A stretch of DNA of 64,000 nt from an uncultured Collinsella sp. Lineage in GTDB: Bacteria; Actinomycetota; Coriobacteriia; Coriobacteriales; Coriobacteriaceae. The position numbers and the translations under genes were made by a program. Position 1 is the stretch's first letter; each line of letters starts with the position of its first letter. The notes under the pieces are model-generated. The model did no database searches and had not been told where the DNA came from. It saw only the letters and a program-made list of their open reading frames with translations. The stretch lies in assembly GCA_900754525.1 (NCBI GenBank), contig CAAEDE010000037.1, positions 21,245 to 85,244 of the forward strand, written 5' to 3'. Shown piece by piece: positions 43,919-54,154 of this stretch.

Positions 43919-44848
43919 CTAAGCAGCGAGATCTGATGCGTCCTGATAGGACGCCATAGGACGGGTAGCGCCCGCGACCGTGGTCACCAGATCGCGAACG
44001 CGGGAGAACGTGGCAGTAACCACCTCGTTGGCACGACTGTAGTCGACATCGCGCTCGTAGAGCGAAACGAGCGCACGGCCCATGCCATAGGTGCCCGCGG
44101 CAGCAGTGAGCGCCTTGACGGCAAACCCGATATGCGGCGTCTGCTTGACGAGCGCGCGGGTGACCGCGCGGATCACAAGACCGCCGGCAAGCACGCCCGC
44201 GACCTCGTAGCCGCGCTCAGGCTTAATGCCGCGTCCAAAGACGGCAGCGAGCTCAAAGAGCATGCCCACCTGCGCCAGGGCCATAACGGGATAATCGGCG
44301 CCCGGCAAAAACACCAGCGCACCGGTCGCCATATTGGTGAGCGCGCACGAGGTAATGATACGGTTGGCCGCGGCGATACGCATGAAGGCAAAGTTCGCCG
44401 CAAAAGCCGTTTCCTTGTCGGTGCGATCGAGAATCCAGCGCGCAAGCGTCTCGAGCAGATACGTCTTATCGGTTGCCGCTACCACGCCGAGCATGGGCGT
44501 GGACTCCTCGATAAACGGCACCTCCACAGCAGACTCGGCGAGCACGCACACGGGCGCGCCGGCGATTACGAGCTCCTGCACGGCACTCTCCAAGCGGTCG
44601 GAACCACACGAGAGCACCAGCACCACATCGGTATCGGTCTTTGGAGCAATTCGCTCCTCCCCCAGACGCTCGACGCGCACAATGCCCGAGGTCGTCTGCG
44701 GCACAAAGGCGTCACGCACCGTCTCGGCCAGAAAGCGCGAGGCGGACGAATCCAGATAGACCGAGACGCGCACAGGTGTATCGGAATCCTTCTTAACGGA
44801 CGCGCCCATCTTAAAAGCGCGGGTCAGCTTATCTACGGGAATTTTCAT
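43919..44848 (-). CDS. Hypothetical protein with DUF697/YcjF-like C-terminal region
   Basis: Typical codon usage; PGADYPVMALAQVGMLFELAAVFG and AAAGTYGMG motifs. Confidence 0.65.
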   Translation of the reverse strand: MKIPVDKLTRAFKMGASVKKDSDTPVRVSVYLDSSASRFLAETVRDAFVPQTTSGIVRVERLGEERIAPKTDTDVVLVLSCGSDRLESAVQELVIAGAPVCVLAESAVEVPFIEESTPMLGVVAATDKTYLLETLARWILDRTDKETAFAANFAFMRIAAANRIITSCALTNMATGALVFLPGADYPVMALAQVGMLFELAAVFGRGIKPERGYEVAGVLAGGLVIRAVTRALVKQTPHIGFAVKALTAAAGTYGMGRALVSLYERDVDYSRANEVVTATFSRVRDLVTTVAGATRPMASYQDASDLAA

Positions 44849-44866
44849 AGCAAACCCCTCCAGCGG

Positions 44867-46093
44867 TTACGCGGCGCCCGAACGATGCCGCCATATGGAT
44901 TGTACGATACCCACCGTCAGCAGCTGAATCATCATCGAAGACGAACCGAAGCTAATAAACGGTAGCGGAATACCGGTAATCGGCATCATACCGATGCACA
45001 TGCCGATGTTTTCGAAGGTCTGGAACGCCCACATGCCAACGATGCCCACACACGAAAGACGCAAAAACAGCGACTCACACTTAAAGGCGACGCGAATCGT
45101 CGAGAAGATCAACAGCACGTAGAGGCACAGGAGCAAAAAGGAACCGCAAAAGCCAAAGGTCTCGGACAGGAAGGCGAAGACGAAGTCGGTGTGGAACTCA
45201 GGCAGAAAGCCGCCGGCCGACTGCGTCGCATGCCCCAAACCCTTACCAAAGAAGCCGCCCGAGCCAACGGCGATAAGCGACTGCTGCAGGTTGTAGGCAT
45301 CGTCCGAATCGGCATTATCGGGGTCGATAAAGACCGTCAGACGGTTCATCTGATACTGCTTGATGAGCACATCGTGGCCGAGCAACGAATCAAAGACCGA
45401 ATCGAGCGCCAGGACGAGGGCCACCAGGCCCACGAGCAGGGCAAGAGTCGACAGCACCCATTCGCGGCGTGCACCGCTCATACAAATGACGATGGCGCCC
45501 GAAACCAGCACGACCAGGCCCGAGCCCAGGTCGCCCATGGCAACGACGGCCAAAAACGGAATGGACAGCATGCCGCAAAGCTTGACGTAGTCGCGAACGG
45601 TATCGATGCGGCCGTTATACTGCGAGCCAAGCGTAGCAATAAAGAAGATGGTGATGAGCTTAGCAAGCTCAACGGGCTGGAATGTCAAGCCGATACCGGG
45701 AATCTTGATCCAGCCCGTCATGCCCAGACCGCCCGTATAGGACAGACCCGGAATCTTGGGCGAGAGGATCACGATCAGGTCGATGACGAGCAACGCCGTC
45801 GAGAAATTGGAAATACCGCGCAGATCGGTACGCCAGACCAGCACCGCCAGCACCGTGCCGATGCCAATTCCCAGCAGATGGCGTGAGAACGAGGCATCGG
45901 CCTTAAACTGCGAAGCCGACCAGATAATGATGGCACCGTAGGCGACGAGCGCCACTGTAGCCACGAGCACACCGATATGGACCTTTTGGCGAAACGTGCC
46001 GCGCGAGGCCGAAAGTTGCTTGTTGACGCGGTCCAGGCTGCTGCGAGAGCCGGTCTTGGTTGAACGGAACAGATCCGCCGGAGAAAAATCCAT
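44867..46093 (-). CDS. rodA: Rod shape-determining SEDS protein RodA
   Basis: FQPVELAK, DLGSG, QSLIAVGSGG, LPEFHTDFVF, PITGIPLPFISFG. Confidence 0.95.
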   Translation of the reverse strand: MDFSPADLFRSTKTGSRSSLDRVNKQLSASRGTFRQKVHIGVLVATVALVAYGAIIIWSASQFKADASFSRHLLGIGIGTVLAVLVWRTDLRGISNFSTALLVIDLIVILSPKIPGLSYTGGLGMTGWIKIPGIGLTFQPVELAKLITIFFIATLGSQYNGRIDTVRDYVKLCGMLSIPFLAVVAMGDLGSGLVVLVSGAIVICMSGARREWVLSTLALLVGLVALVLALDSVFDSLLGHDVLIKQYQMNRLTVFIDPDNADSDDAYNLQQSLIAVGSGGFFGKGLGHATQSAGGFLPEFHTDFVFAFLSETFGFCGSFLLLCLYVLLIFSTIRVAFKCESLFLRLSCVGIVGMWAFQTFENIGMCIGMMPITGIPLPFISFGSSSMMIQLLTVGIVQSIWRHRSGAA

Positions 46094-46102
46094 CGCAACC
46101 TC

Positions 46103-48172
46103 CTATCGAACCGAAGAATCGCCCGAGGCCGAAGAGGTATCGGGTTCGTCATAAATCACACCGAGCACGTCGCGCACGACATGCATCGCGGTATCTGAGC
46201 CGCCGCCGCCCTGCTCCAGGACAGTAGCGATGACATACTTGGGATCATCAGCCGGTGCATAGGCGCAGAACCACGCGTATTCGTCCTCGCCGCTTTTCTC
46301 ACCCGTGCCCGACTTGCCGTATACCTGCGGCGTCAGGGTACCAAAGTGCGCCGCCAGGGACGTCGATGCCGTATAAATCACGTCGTGCATGCCGTTGCGA
46401 ACAAGAGCCAAATCCGAATCGCTGTTGATCTTGGCCTCCAGACGCTTCTTCTTGCCCTTGCCGTTGTACTTATAGGCATCGCCGTCGCCATCGCGCGACA
46501 CGGCCGACAAAAACACGTGAGGCACGTACTGCTTGCCGCCGTTGGCAAGACCCATATAGGCGCACGCCATCTGCAGGGGCGTCACCAAGATGTCGCCCTG
46601 CCCGATGGCAATGTTGGTCATGTCGCCGGCATTCCACTTGCGGTCCTCGGCAGAGGCGTCGGTGAAGTACGACTCTTTCCACTCGGCATCGGGAATACGG
46701 CCCGCGCCCTCACTCGGCAGATCGATACCGCAGGTCTTGCCTAGACCCCAGCGACGAAAGACCTCCTGCAGGCCCTCGGAATGTTTCTCGTCATAAAAGA
46801 ACGCCTTGCCCATGTCGTAGAAGACGGGGTCGCACGAGTTGGCGATACCCGACTGCAGCGTCATGGTGCCGTGGCCGGAATGCAGCCAGCAGTACTTGCC
46901 CCACGACTTGCCCAGACCCGTCCAATAGCCCGTACAGTTGGTCGTCTGCCCCGACGTGTAGGTTCCAAACTCAAGACCGGCCAGTGCCGAGAGCGGCTTG
47001 ATGGTCGAAGCCGACATGTACTGTCCGCTAATGGCGCGGTTGAGCAGCGGGTGCGAACCTTTGTCATCATTGAGCTCGGTCCACACGTCATTTGAGACGC
47101 CGCCGATAAAGACGGACGGATCGAACTTGGGCTCGCTCGCCATGCCCAGGATCTCGCCATTGTTGGGATCGAGACACACCACAGCGCCGTTGCCGGCATT
47201 GCTGTAGCCAGTGGTCTTGGCAAGCTCGATAGCGCTCGCCAGTGCCGTCTCGCAGGCCTGTTGGATCTTAAGGTCGAGCGTGAGCTTAATGTCGGAGCCG
47301 GCCTTCGCGGGCACGGCGCCGGCCTGACCGGTCACATTGCCCGAGGCATCGACCTTGACGGTCTGCTCGCCACGAATACCCTGCAGCAGGTTTTCGTAGT
47401 AGCTCTCAACGCCCGCCTGGCCCACGATATCGCCCGACTGGTACGTAATCTTGCCAGCAGAGGCATCATCATCGCCAGAGGTTTTCTTATTCTGGGCCTC
47501 GAGCTGCTCGGAGGTAATGGTGCCGGTATAGCCCAAGATATGGCATGCCGTCTCGCCATATGGATACTGGCGCTCGGTACGCTCGGCAATCTTGACGCCC
47601 GGGAACTCGCCAGCATGCTCCTGAATATAGGCAACCGTAGAGCGACGGACGTCCGTCGCAATGGTATGCAGGCTCTGAGCGCCCTCTGTATTGTCCTGAA
47701 TATTGCGAAGGACCGCCACGTAAGGCATTCCAAGCACGTTGGCAAGATGGCGAACCAGAACCTCATCCTCGGCAAGGTCGCGGTAGGCCACGACAGCAAG
47801 TGAGGGACGGTTCTGGACAAGTGCCACGCCATTGCGGTCGAGGATACGGCCGCGCACAGCGGGTGTGGTAACGGTGCGAGTCTGATTACTATTGGCCTGT
47901 TTCTCGTAATAGTCCGACGAGACCATCTGCATGCCCCAAAGCTTGACGGCAAGCGCCGCAAACATCGCGCCCACACCCGTGGTGAGGATGGAAAAGCGGC
48001 CCTTAAAGGCGGTCGCCGCGGTATTGCCCTCGCCCTCAGTGGCGCGCGGGGCCGTTCCATGCTGTGTATCGTAGGTAAAACGGGAATCGCCGCGACGCAT
48101 GATGACCAGCGCGACCACGATGGCCACAACCAGCACGATACCGGCGATAATAACCGTCATCTGGGAAGACAT
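46103..48172 (-). CDS. mrdA: Penicillin-binding protein 2
   Basis: RGRILDRNG, STIK (SxxK), SCD, KSGT; within the mre operon. Confidence 0.94.
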   Translation of the reverse strand: MSSQMTVIIAGIVLVVAIVVALVIMRRGDSRFTYDTQHGTAPRATEGEGNTAATAFKGRFSILTTGVGAMFAALAVKLWGMQMVSSDYYEKQANSNQTRTVTTPAVRGRILDRNGVALVQNRPSLAVVAYRDLAEDEVLVRHLANVLGMPYVAVLRNIQDNTEGAQSLHTIATDVRRSTVAYIQEHAGEFPGVKIAERTERQYPYGETACHILGYTGTITSEQLEAQNKKTSGDDDASAGKITYQSGDIVGQAGVESYYENLLQGIRGEQTVKVDASGNVTGQAGAVPAKAGSDIKLTLDLKIQQACETALASAIELAKTTGYSNAGNGAVVCLDPNNGEILGMASEPKFDPSVFIGGVSNDVWTELNDDKGSHPLLNRAISGQYMSASTIKPLSALAGLEFGTYTSGQTTNCTGYWTGLGKSWGKYCWLHSGHGTMTLQSGIANSCDPVFYDMGKAFFYDEKHSEGLQEVFRRWGLGKTCGIDLPSEGAGRIPDAEWKESYFTDASAEDRKWNAGDMTNIAIGQGDILVTPLQMACAYMGLANGGKQYVPHVFLSAVSRDGDGDAYKYNGKGKKKRLEAKINSDSDLALVRNGMHDVIYTASTSLAAHFGTLTPQVYGKSGTGEKSGEDEYAWFCAYAPADDPKYVIATVLEQGGGGSDTAMHVVRDVLGVIYDEPDTSSASGDSSVR

Positions 48173-48185
48173 CTACGGGCCTCCC

Positions 48186-48758
48186 CTATTTGAGCTTGCG
48201 GGTCTTGGGCTTAAAGCGCATACCCGTCTGGCGTCCGCCACGTGCGGAGAATCCATAGCCGGACTGCGGCACGACGCCGGACATCAAAAACGGAATGGCA
48301 ACCAGGCCCGTCAGGATCGAAGACGGCAACGCATGGCCGAAGATCGCCACGACAAAGCTCGTCTCCAAACCCATAAACAGCAAGATGATGCTGTAAATCA
48401 CATTAATGACGAGCGCGAAGGCGCCCACAGTGACACCGCGCGCACTCGGGGTACCGCCCGTCTGACCAACGGCGCTGTGCACCAGGGCAAAAGAACCCAC
48501 GGTCAGCAGGAGCGACATAACGCCCACCGGCACGGCAGCGGACAGGTCATAAAACAAGCCGCTGCAAAAACCGCACACGACGGCACGGGTCGGGTCGCCC
48601 GAGAACACGCTTAGGCACACCAGGATAATCATGAAGTTGACGCGACCGCCCGCAATGGAGATCTGCGGTGCCAGGCCTGCCTGCAGCAGCACGCACACGA
48701 TGGCGGCGATCACAAACGTGCGGGAGCTCATCCCCTGCTCGTGTAGATCCATGGACAT
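48186..48758 (-). CDS. mreD: Rod shape-determining protein MreD
   Basis: About 5 TM helices, GLFYDL; between mreC and mrdA. Confidence 0.85.
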   Translation of the reverse strand: MSMDLHEQGMSSRTFVIAAIVCVLLQAGLAPQISIAGGRVNFMIILVCLSVFSGDPTRAVVCGFCSGLFYDLSAAVPVGVMSLLLTVGSFALVHSAVGQTGGTPSARGVTVGAFALVINVIYSIILLFMGLETSFVVAIFGHALPSSILTGLVAIPFLMSGVVPQSGYGFSARGGRQTGMRFKPKTRKLK

Positions 48759-48763
48759 GCCCC

Positions 48764-49762
48764 CTATTCGCTCGAGCCGGAATCGGTCGTCTCGGACGTG
48801 TCGGAACTGTCATCCGAACTCTCGTCCTTCGTCTTGGTCGCAGCATCGCGCGACGTTCCCTGCGGCGTGCTATTAGCGGTGCCCACGTCCTCATCCGAGG
48901 CCGACTGTTCGTCGGTAAGAGAGGTGATGACCAGCACTTCCTCGTTGTTCTCGGCTGTGGTCTGAGCGCGCACCACAATGGTGTAGTACACGTCGTTTGC
49001 CGATTTCTCAACCGACGAGACGGTGCCGAGCGGTAAACCCTTGGGGAACACACCACCGATACCCGAGGTCACGATGATGTCTCCAACCTTAACATCGGAG
49101 TCGACGCTCACGTACTCAAGACGTAGCGTGCCGTCAGCCTGACCCTGCAACATGCCCTGGGCGCGCGTGTCCTGCACCATGGCGGACACACCCGAGTTCT
49201 CGTCGCCAATCAGGCGCACGGTCGACGTTTTGGCCGAAACCTCGATGATCTGGCCGATAACACCGGCCGAACTTGTCACGGGCATGTTGATGGTAAGGCC
49301 GTCGGCAGAGCCCTTATCGATGGTTACGGTCGAGGTCCAGGCATCGCCCGAGGCACCAACGATACGAGCAGCGGTCGATTTGAGGTTGTAGGTCGACTGC
49401 AGCCCGACCAGCCCCTCCAGACGCTCGGCGGTCTTTTGAGCCTCGGAGAGCTCAGCAACCTTAGAAGTCAGCTCCTCGTTTTGCTTCTTGAGCTCGTCGA
49501 GCGTGTCCTGCGACGCTGTAAGGTTAGAGAACACGTTGCCGATGGCATTGAAAGGAGCCGCCACAGCCGAGCCCACAAAGCGCACCGGCGAGGTAATCGT
49601 CGTTACGCCCGAACGCACGGCATGAATCGGTCCTGCCTCGCCCTCGCGGATGTAAAACGTGAGCAGCAACACCGAAATCAGGCTGAAAACAATCAACGGG
49701 CGCATACCCGTTGATTGTCGCTTGGTATTCAGATTTGTGGAGAAACCCGAAGATCGTGCCAA
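48764..49762 (-). CDS. mreC: Rod shape-determining protein MreC
   Basis: TM plus coiled coil, IDKGS, TSGIGGVFPKGLPLG. Confidence 0.95.
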   Translation of the reverse strand: MARSSGFSTNLNTKRQSTGMRPLIVFSLISVLLLTFYIREGEAGPIHAVRSGVTTITSPVRFVGSAVAAPFNAIGNVFSNLTASQDTLDELKKQNEELTSKVAELSEAQKTAERLEGLVGLQSTYNLKSTAARIVGASGDAWTSTVTIDKGSADGLTINMPVTSSAGVIGQIIEVSAKTSTVRLIGDENSGVSAMVQDTRAQGMLQGQADGTLRLEYVSVDSDVKVGDIIVTSGIGGVFPKGLPLGTVSSVEKSANDVYYTIVVRAQTTAENNEEVLVITSLTDEQSASDEDVGTANSTPQGTSRDAATKTKDESSDDSSDTSETTDSGSSE

Positions 49763-49783
49763 ATGGAATCCACCTTTTGGAAA

Positions 49784-50827
49784 TTAAGCATTGGTCTGGA
49801 CGAAGCCGCCATCAAACGCATTGGCCTCGAGCACGCGGGCACAGCCGTTAACGACGTTATCGAGCGCCGTGGGGCTGACGTTGACCGAAACGCCGGTCTC
49901 ATCGCGCAGGCGCACGTCGAGACCGCGCAGCAGCGCGCCGCCACCGGTCAGCAATATGCCATAGTACATAAGGTCCGAGGCGAGATCGGGAGGCGTGGCA
50001 TCGAGTGCGTCCTTGACGGCCTTGGCCATCTCGTCGAGCGGCTTGTTGAGCGCGCGACGAATCTCCTCGCTCTCGATGCGCACGGTCTTGGGCAGACCGG
50101 TGATTACGTCGCGACCGTTGACCTCGACGTCGAGCTCGTCCTTGAGCGGCACGGCGGAGCCGACCTTGATCTTGATGTCCTCTGCCGTACGCTCGCCGAT
50201 GGCCAGGTTATAGGCATCGCGAACGTGCGTGAGGATGGCCTGATCGAACTCGTCACCGGCAATACGGATGGACTGCGAGACGACGATGCCGCCCATGGCG
50301 ATAACGGCAACCTCGGTGGTACCGCCACCGATGTCGATGACCATGGAGCCGGTGGGCTCCTCGACGGGCAGGTCGGCGCCAATAGCAGCAGCCATGGGCT
50401 CCTCGATCAGATAGGCCTGGCGGGCACCGGCCTGGATCGTGGCCTCAAAGACGGCACGCTTCTCGACCGACGTGACACCGGAGGGAACGCAGACGACAAC
50501 ACGCGGACGCGGAGTCCACGGATAGCGCTTCTCGGACGCCTTGTCGATAAAGTAGCGGAGCATGGCCTCGGTAACATCGAAGTCGGCGATAACGCCGTCC
50601 TTCAGGGGACGAACGGCCACGATGTTGCCGGGCGTACGGCCGAGCATGCGCTTGGCCTCGATGCCGACCGCCAGGATGCGCTCGTCGTTCTTGTCGATGG
50701 CGACAACAGAGGGCTCGCGAATAACGATGCCCTTGCCGCGCACGGAGACAAGCGTATTTGCGGTGCCGAGGTCGATAGCAAGATCGCCCGCATAGCTACC
50801 GAAGAACATATCCATCAAAGAAAACAA
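49784..50827 (-). CDS. mreB: Actin-like rod shape protein MreB
   Basis: IDLGTANT, RPLKDGVIADF, DIGGGTTE, TGGGALL. Confidence 0.98.
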   Translation of the reverse strand: MFSLMDMFFGSYAGDLAIDLGTANTLVSVRGKGIVIREPSVVAIDKNDERILAVGIEAKRMLGRTPGNIVAVRPLKDGVIADFDVTEAMLRYFIDKASEKRYPWTPRPRVVVCVPSGVTSVEKRAVFEATIQAGARQAYLIEEPMAAAIGADLPVEEPTGSMVIDIGGGTTEVAVIAMGGIVVSQSIRIAGDEFDQAILTHVRDAYNLAIGERTAEDIKIKVGSAVPLKDELDVEVNGRDVITGLPKTVRIESEEIRRALNKPLDEMAKAVKDALDATPPDLASDLMYYGILLTGGGALLRGLDVRLRDETGVSVNVSPTALDNVVNGCARVLEANAFDGGFVQTNA

Positions 50828-50942
50828 CGCAACTCCTGATGTGTTGGATGATTGCTGGAAAACTACTAGCTCATCATACTAGCGCAAGCCCGGCACCTCA
50901 CTTGCGTTGAAGCGCCGGGCAAAGCTAAATCCCATAAGGTCA

Positions 50943-52247
50943 CTACTGGTTGTCAGCAGCCGAGAAATCCATATCGAGCGAGGAAACGGCCCAGCCGATA
51001 TGGTTGTCAGAGCGCACGAATTTGACGGTGTACTCCTGCTCGCCGCCCTTGGACAGCGATGCCTTCACCTTGGCGGTCGTCTCGGTCATGGATTGATCCA
51101 TGCCCTCGACGGACACGGTGGCACCCTGCGGAATCGAGGAGATGATCATCGACTTGGCGTCCTCGGACAGGCTCGAAGCCAGGCAAGACTCGGCCTTTGC
51201 GGTGTCACCGTCGCCGGCAGCCTGGAACAGATCAGTAACCACAGATTCCTGAGACGGGAAGCCAAAGCCGCGCGTGTAGGCAAAGCCCAGACCGCCCGCG
51301 GCGATCAAAATGAGCAGAAGCAGCACAATGAAGACTTTGAGACCCGTGTGGCGATGGCGACGACGGACCTTGGCCTGCTTACGATCCTGACGGTCCTGCT
51401 GGACCATCTCGGACTCGGACAGCGTAAAGAAGCCGGTGTCCGAGGGATCGGGCATAAACTGACCGGTCGCGCCCGTAGGATCGAGCGGATCGACGGCAGG
51501 AGCGTCCATCGCGGGCGCCGGAGCCGTGGACATAGCCGTCTGGGCAGACAGCGCGGCAAGCGAATCGTGCACGCGGGCAAGCTCATCGGCCTGCTCGGAG
51601 GTGAGCTGGTAGATGCCATCGGCAGTAGCGGCGTTAAAGGCATCGAGTGCGTCGGAGGGACGGCCGGCGGCAGAAAGCGCCTGACCCATGCCGGCGTTGA
51701 GCGCGCGCGTGTCGTCGCGAGGGCCGGCAAAGTCGATAGCCGTGCGGTAGGTCTCCACGGCATCCGCCGGACGGCCGAGCTTAATGAAGCAACGTCCAAG
51801 CTCGCCGAGTGCGGCGGCAGGAGCCGGATTGGCACCGTCAATGGCAGCCTGACGGAAGGCAGTACCCGCGTTGGCATAGTCGCCCGACTGGAACAGCGCG
51901 TTACCCAGGCCCAGATAGGCCTTGAACGGCGTGGCGTAGGAAGCATCCTGCGTAGCAGCAGAGAACGCCTGGGCGGCCGTCGTGTAGTCGCCCACGGCGG
52001 CGAGCGCCTTGCCGCGGTTGGTGAGCAGCGCACCGCGCTTGCCGTAGGTGCCGTCGTTGAGGGCGGCGGCATAGGCCTCGGCGGCCTCGGCATACATGCC
52101 CAGGTGCATCAAGGCGTTACCACGAAGGTGATCGGCCTCGCCCATTATCTCATCGGGAGTCTTTGCCGCACCAAGCATCTGGGCTGCAGCGGAAAAATCA
52201 CCCGCGCGGTAAGCGGCGCGGCCCTGTTGGATCAGCTGGCTATTCAA
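50943..52247 (-). CDS. TPR-repeat bitopic membrane protein
   Basis: About 6 TPR repeats (e.g. AYLGLGNALFQSGDYANA), basic stretch plus TM helix, small C-terminal alpha/beta domain. Confidence 0.85.
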   Translation of the reverse strand: MNSQLIQQGRAAYRAGDFSAAAQMLGAAKTPDEIMGEADHLRGNALMHLGMYAEAAEAYAAALNDGTYGKRGALLTNRGKALAAVGDYTTAAQAFSAATQDASYATPFKAYLGLGNALFQSGDYANAGTAFRQAAIDGANPAPAAALGELGRCFIKLGRPADAVETYRTAIDFAGPRDDTRALNAGMGQALSAAGRPSDALDAFNAATADGIYQLTSEQADELARVHDSLAALSAQTAMSTAPAPAMDAPAVDPLDPTGATGQFMPDPSDTGFFTLSESEMVQQDRQDRKQAKVRRRHRHTGLKVFIVLLLLILIAAGGLGFAYTRGFGFPSQESVVTDLFQAAGDGDTAKAESCLASSLSEDAKSMIISSIPQGATVSVEGMDQSMTETTAKVKASLSKGGEQEYTVKFVRSDNHIGWAVSSLDMDFSAADNQ

Positions 52248-52258
52248 GGAAGTCCCCT

Positions 52259-52801
52259 TTACTCGTGAACGATCTCGACATGGACGATCTCGTCGCCGGC
52301 ACGCAGCTGCGAAATCACATCGAGACCCTCGACCGTGGTGCCAAAGACGGTGTAACCGGAATCGAGGTTATGCTGGGCACCCAGGCAGAAGTAGAACTGC
52401 GAACCCGCGGAATCGGGGTCCATGGAGCGTGCCATGGCAAGGGCACCATCGACATGGCTGTTGCGCGGATTGGTGGCAAACTCGCCCTTGATGCAGTAGC
52501 CGGGGCCACCGGTACCGGGCATGCCGTCGGGGCCCTCAAGACCGGCAGCGACGTCGGCGCCGGACATGTCGCGGGTATTGGGGTCGCCGCCCTGGATGAC
52601 AAAACCGGGCACATAGCGATGGAACTTAAGGCCATCATAGAAACCCATCGTGGAAAGCTCGCAGAAGTTCGCGACATGAATGGGAGCGCCCTCGCCGTCA
52701 AACTTGACCTTGATGGTACCCTTCGACGTCTCGATAACGGCGCACTCGTCGCCGGCAAGCTGATACTCGGGCGTGTAGAGCTCTTTCTTAAAACCAAACA
52801 T
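52259..52801 (-). CDS. Cyclophilin-type peptidyl-prolyl isomerase
   Basis: FYDGLKFHR, VIQGGDP, GALAMAR, SAGSQF, YTVFG. Confidence 0.96.
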   Translation of the reverse strand: MFGFKKELYTPEYQLAGDECAVIETSKGTIKVKFDGEGAPIHVANFCELSTMGFYDGLKFHRYVPGFVIQGGDPNTRDMSGADVAAGLEGPDGMPGTGGPGYCIKGEFATNPRNSHVDGALAMARSMDPDSAGSQFYFCLGAQHNLDSGYTVFGTTVEGLDVISQLRAGDEIVHVEIVHE

Positions 52802-52908
52802 GTGGTTCCTCCCTCGTGCGTTTAAAGCATATTTGTACGAATTGTAGCAATAAGCATGCGCTTACATCAATTGCGCACGTAGGTTATGCCGACTATGGCG
52901 AACTAATT

Positions 52909-54051
52909 TTAGGAACGCTGCTGAGGCTTCCAGGAGCCCACGTTGGCGTCGTACTGGTTGAGCGCGCTGTTGCCGCCCTGTGCGATGGGTGCCAGGATCT
53001 CGCTTTGGTGGGAACTCATCGACTCGCCATCGGGAATAGCCAGCGAGATATCCCAGCTCTGGCAGATCACGTCGACGCGCTCATACATCCACTCGGCAAG
53101 CTGCTTTAAGTGGGCGATGTCGTCCGCATAGACCGTATCGTCCTGGTACTTAAGGTTGTTGAGCTCATCTTGCGTCTTTTTGATCTGGTCGCGCAGGGCG
53201 TAGGCACTCTGCGACAGCTCCTGACGGGTGGACAGCGGCGTTCGGAGATAGCCGTTGTTAAAGGAATCGATGACCTCACCGATCTGGTCCTCGTCACCGT
53301 AGGACACGATGGTCTGATACAGACCGTCGAGCCTGGTATAGAGCTGATCATCGGTTAGCACGGTTTCTTCCTGGACTACCTCGGCAGAATCGTCCTGCTT
53401 GGTATCGTCCTCAGTCGCCTCGCCCTTTTGGCGCGTGGGGAAGGTGGTTTGTGCAGCTTGGCCAAACTGGTCGTAGAAGCCAGGCATGACGCCCATGGGA
53501 TCGGTTGTCACGAACCAATAGGCACCGCCGCAAACGACGGCAAGGACCGCGATGATAATGAGCGGCTTGGGGATATGACGCTTGTGCTTGTGATAGGCGT
53601 CCTCGTCGGGATGCACTTTGCGCTTGGGTTTTTGAGCATCGTCATGCAGGGAAACGGGCGTGGGAATATCGACCTTGGGGATACCGAAATCCTTATCGAA
53701 AGCCGGCAGCACGCAGGTCTCATTGGGGTCGGCGGCGTCCGAAAGAACCGCGGCAGCCGAGGCGGGCGCATGCGGCACCTCGGTATCGATCTGCTCTTGC
53801 GTTAGGCGCGGAAAACCCGCCGTGCGGCCCGCTGCCAGGTCGGATGCGGCCGCATCCTCGGAAAGGATGCCCGGAGCGGGGCGTCCGCATTTGGGACACG
53901 TACGATCATGCGGAGAAAGACGGGCACCACAGCCCTCGCAGAACACGAACTCGGTGTGCTCGGGGCCTTCGCCCGGACCCACATAGGCGTTGCAGTAGGG
54001 GCAGAACGAGGCGCCGTCCTCGATAGTCTTAAGGCAATGCGGGCAGATCAC
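52909..54051 (-). CDS. Double zinc-ribbon membrane protein
   Basis: CPHC/CPYC and CEGC/CPKC pairs, one TM helix, helical C-terminal domain. Confidence 0.85.
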   Translation of the reverse strand: MICPHCLKTIEDGASFCPYCNAYVGPGEGPEHTEFVFCEGCGARLSPHDRTCPKCGRPAPGILSEDAAASDLAAGRTAGFPRLTQEQIDTEVPHAPASAAAVLSDAADPNETCVLPAFDKDFGIPKVDIPTPVSLHDDAQKPKRKVHPDEDAYHKHKRHIPKPLIIIAVLAVVCGGAYWFVTTDPMGVMPGFYDQFGQAAQTTFPTRQKGEATEDDTKQDDSAEVVQEETVLTDDQLYTRLDGLYQTIVSYGDEDQIGEVIDSFNNGYLRTPLSTRQELSQSAYALRDQIKKTQDELNNLKYQDDTVYADDIAHLKQLAEWMYERVDVICQSWDISLAIPDGESMSSHQSEILAPIAQGGNSALNQYDANVGSWKPQQRS

Positions 54052-54154
54052 GGCATCCTCTTTTCAAAGCAATTCAAACAATCGAGGTTAGAGCATAACA
54101 TCGCCACGGCCCCACAGGAGCAAGGCACCAATTCAACATCGCCAGGGCGCGTAG

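Noticed and set aside
44867..50827. mre cluster (and alpha2beta2 GlyRS) in an actinomycete-related genome as horizontal transfer
   Set aside because: Composition is host-like and these look like ordinary lineage features of Coriobacteriia.
54098..54149. Direct repeat AACATCGCCA(C/G)GGC twice in the ATPase/zinc-ribbon intergenic region
   Set aside because: Only two short copies with no further support.
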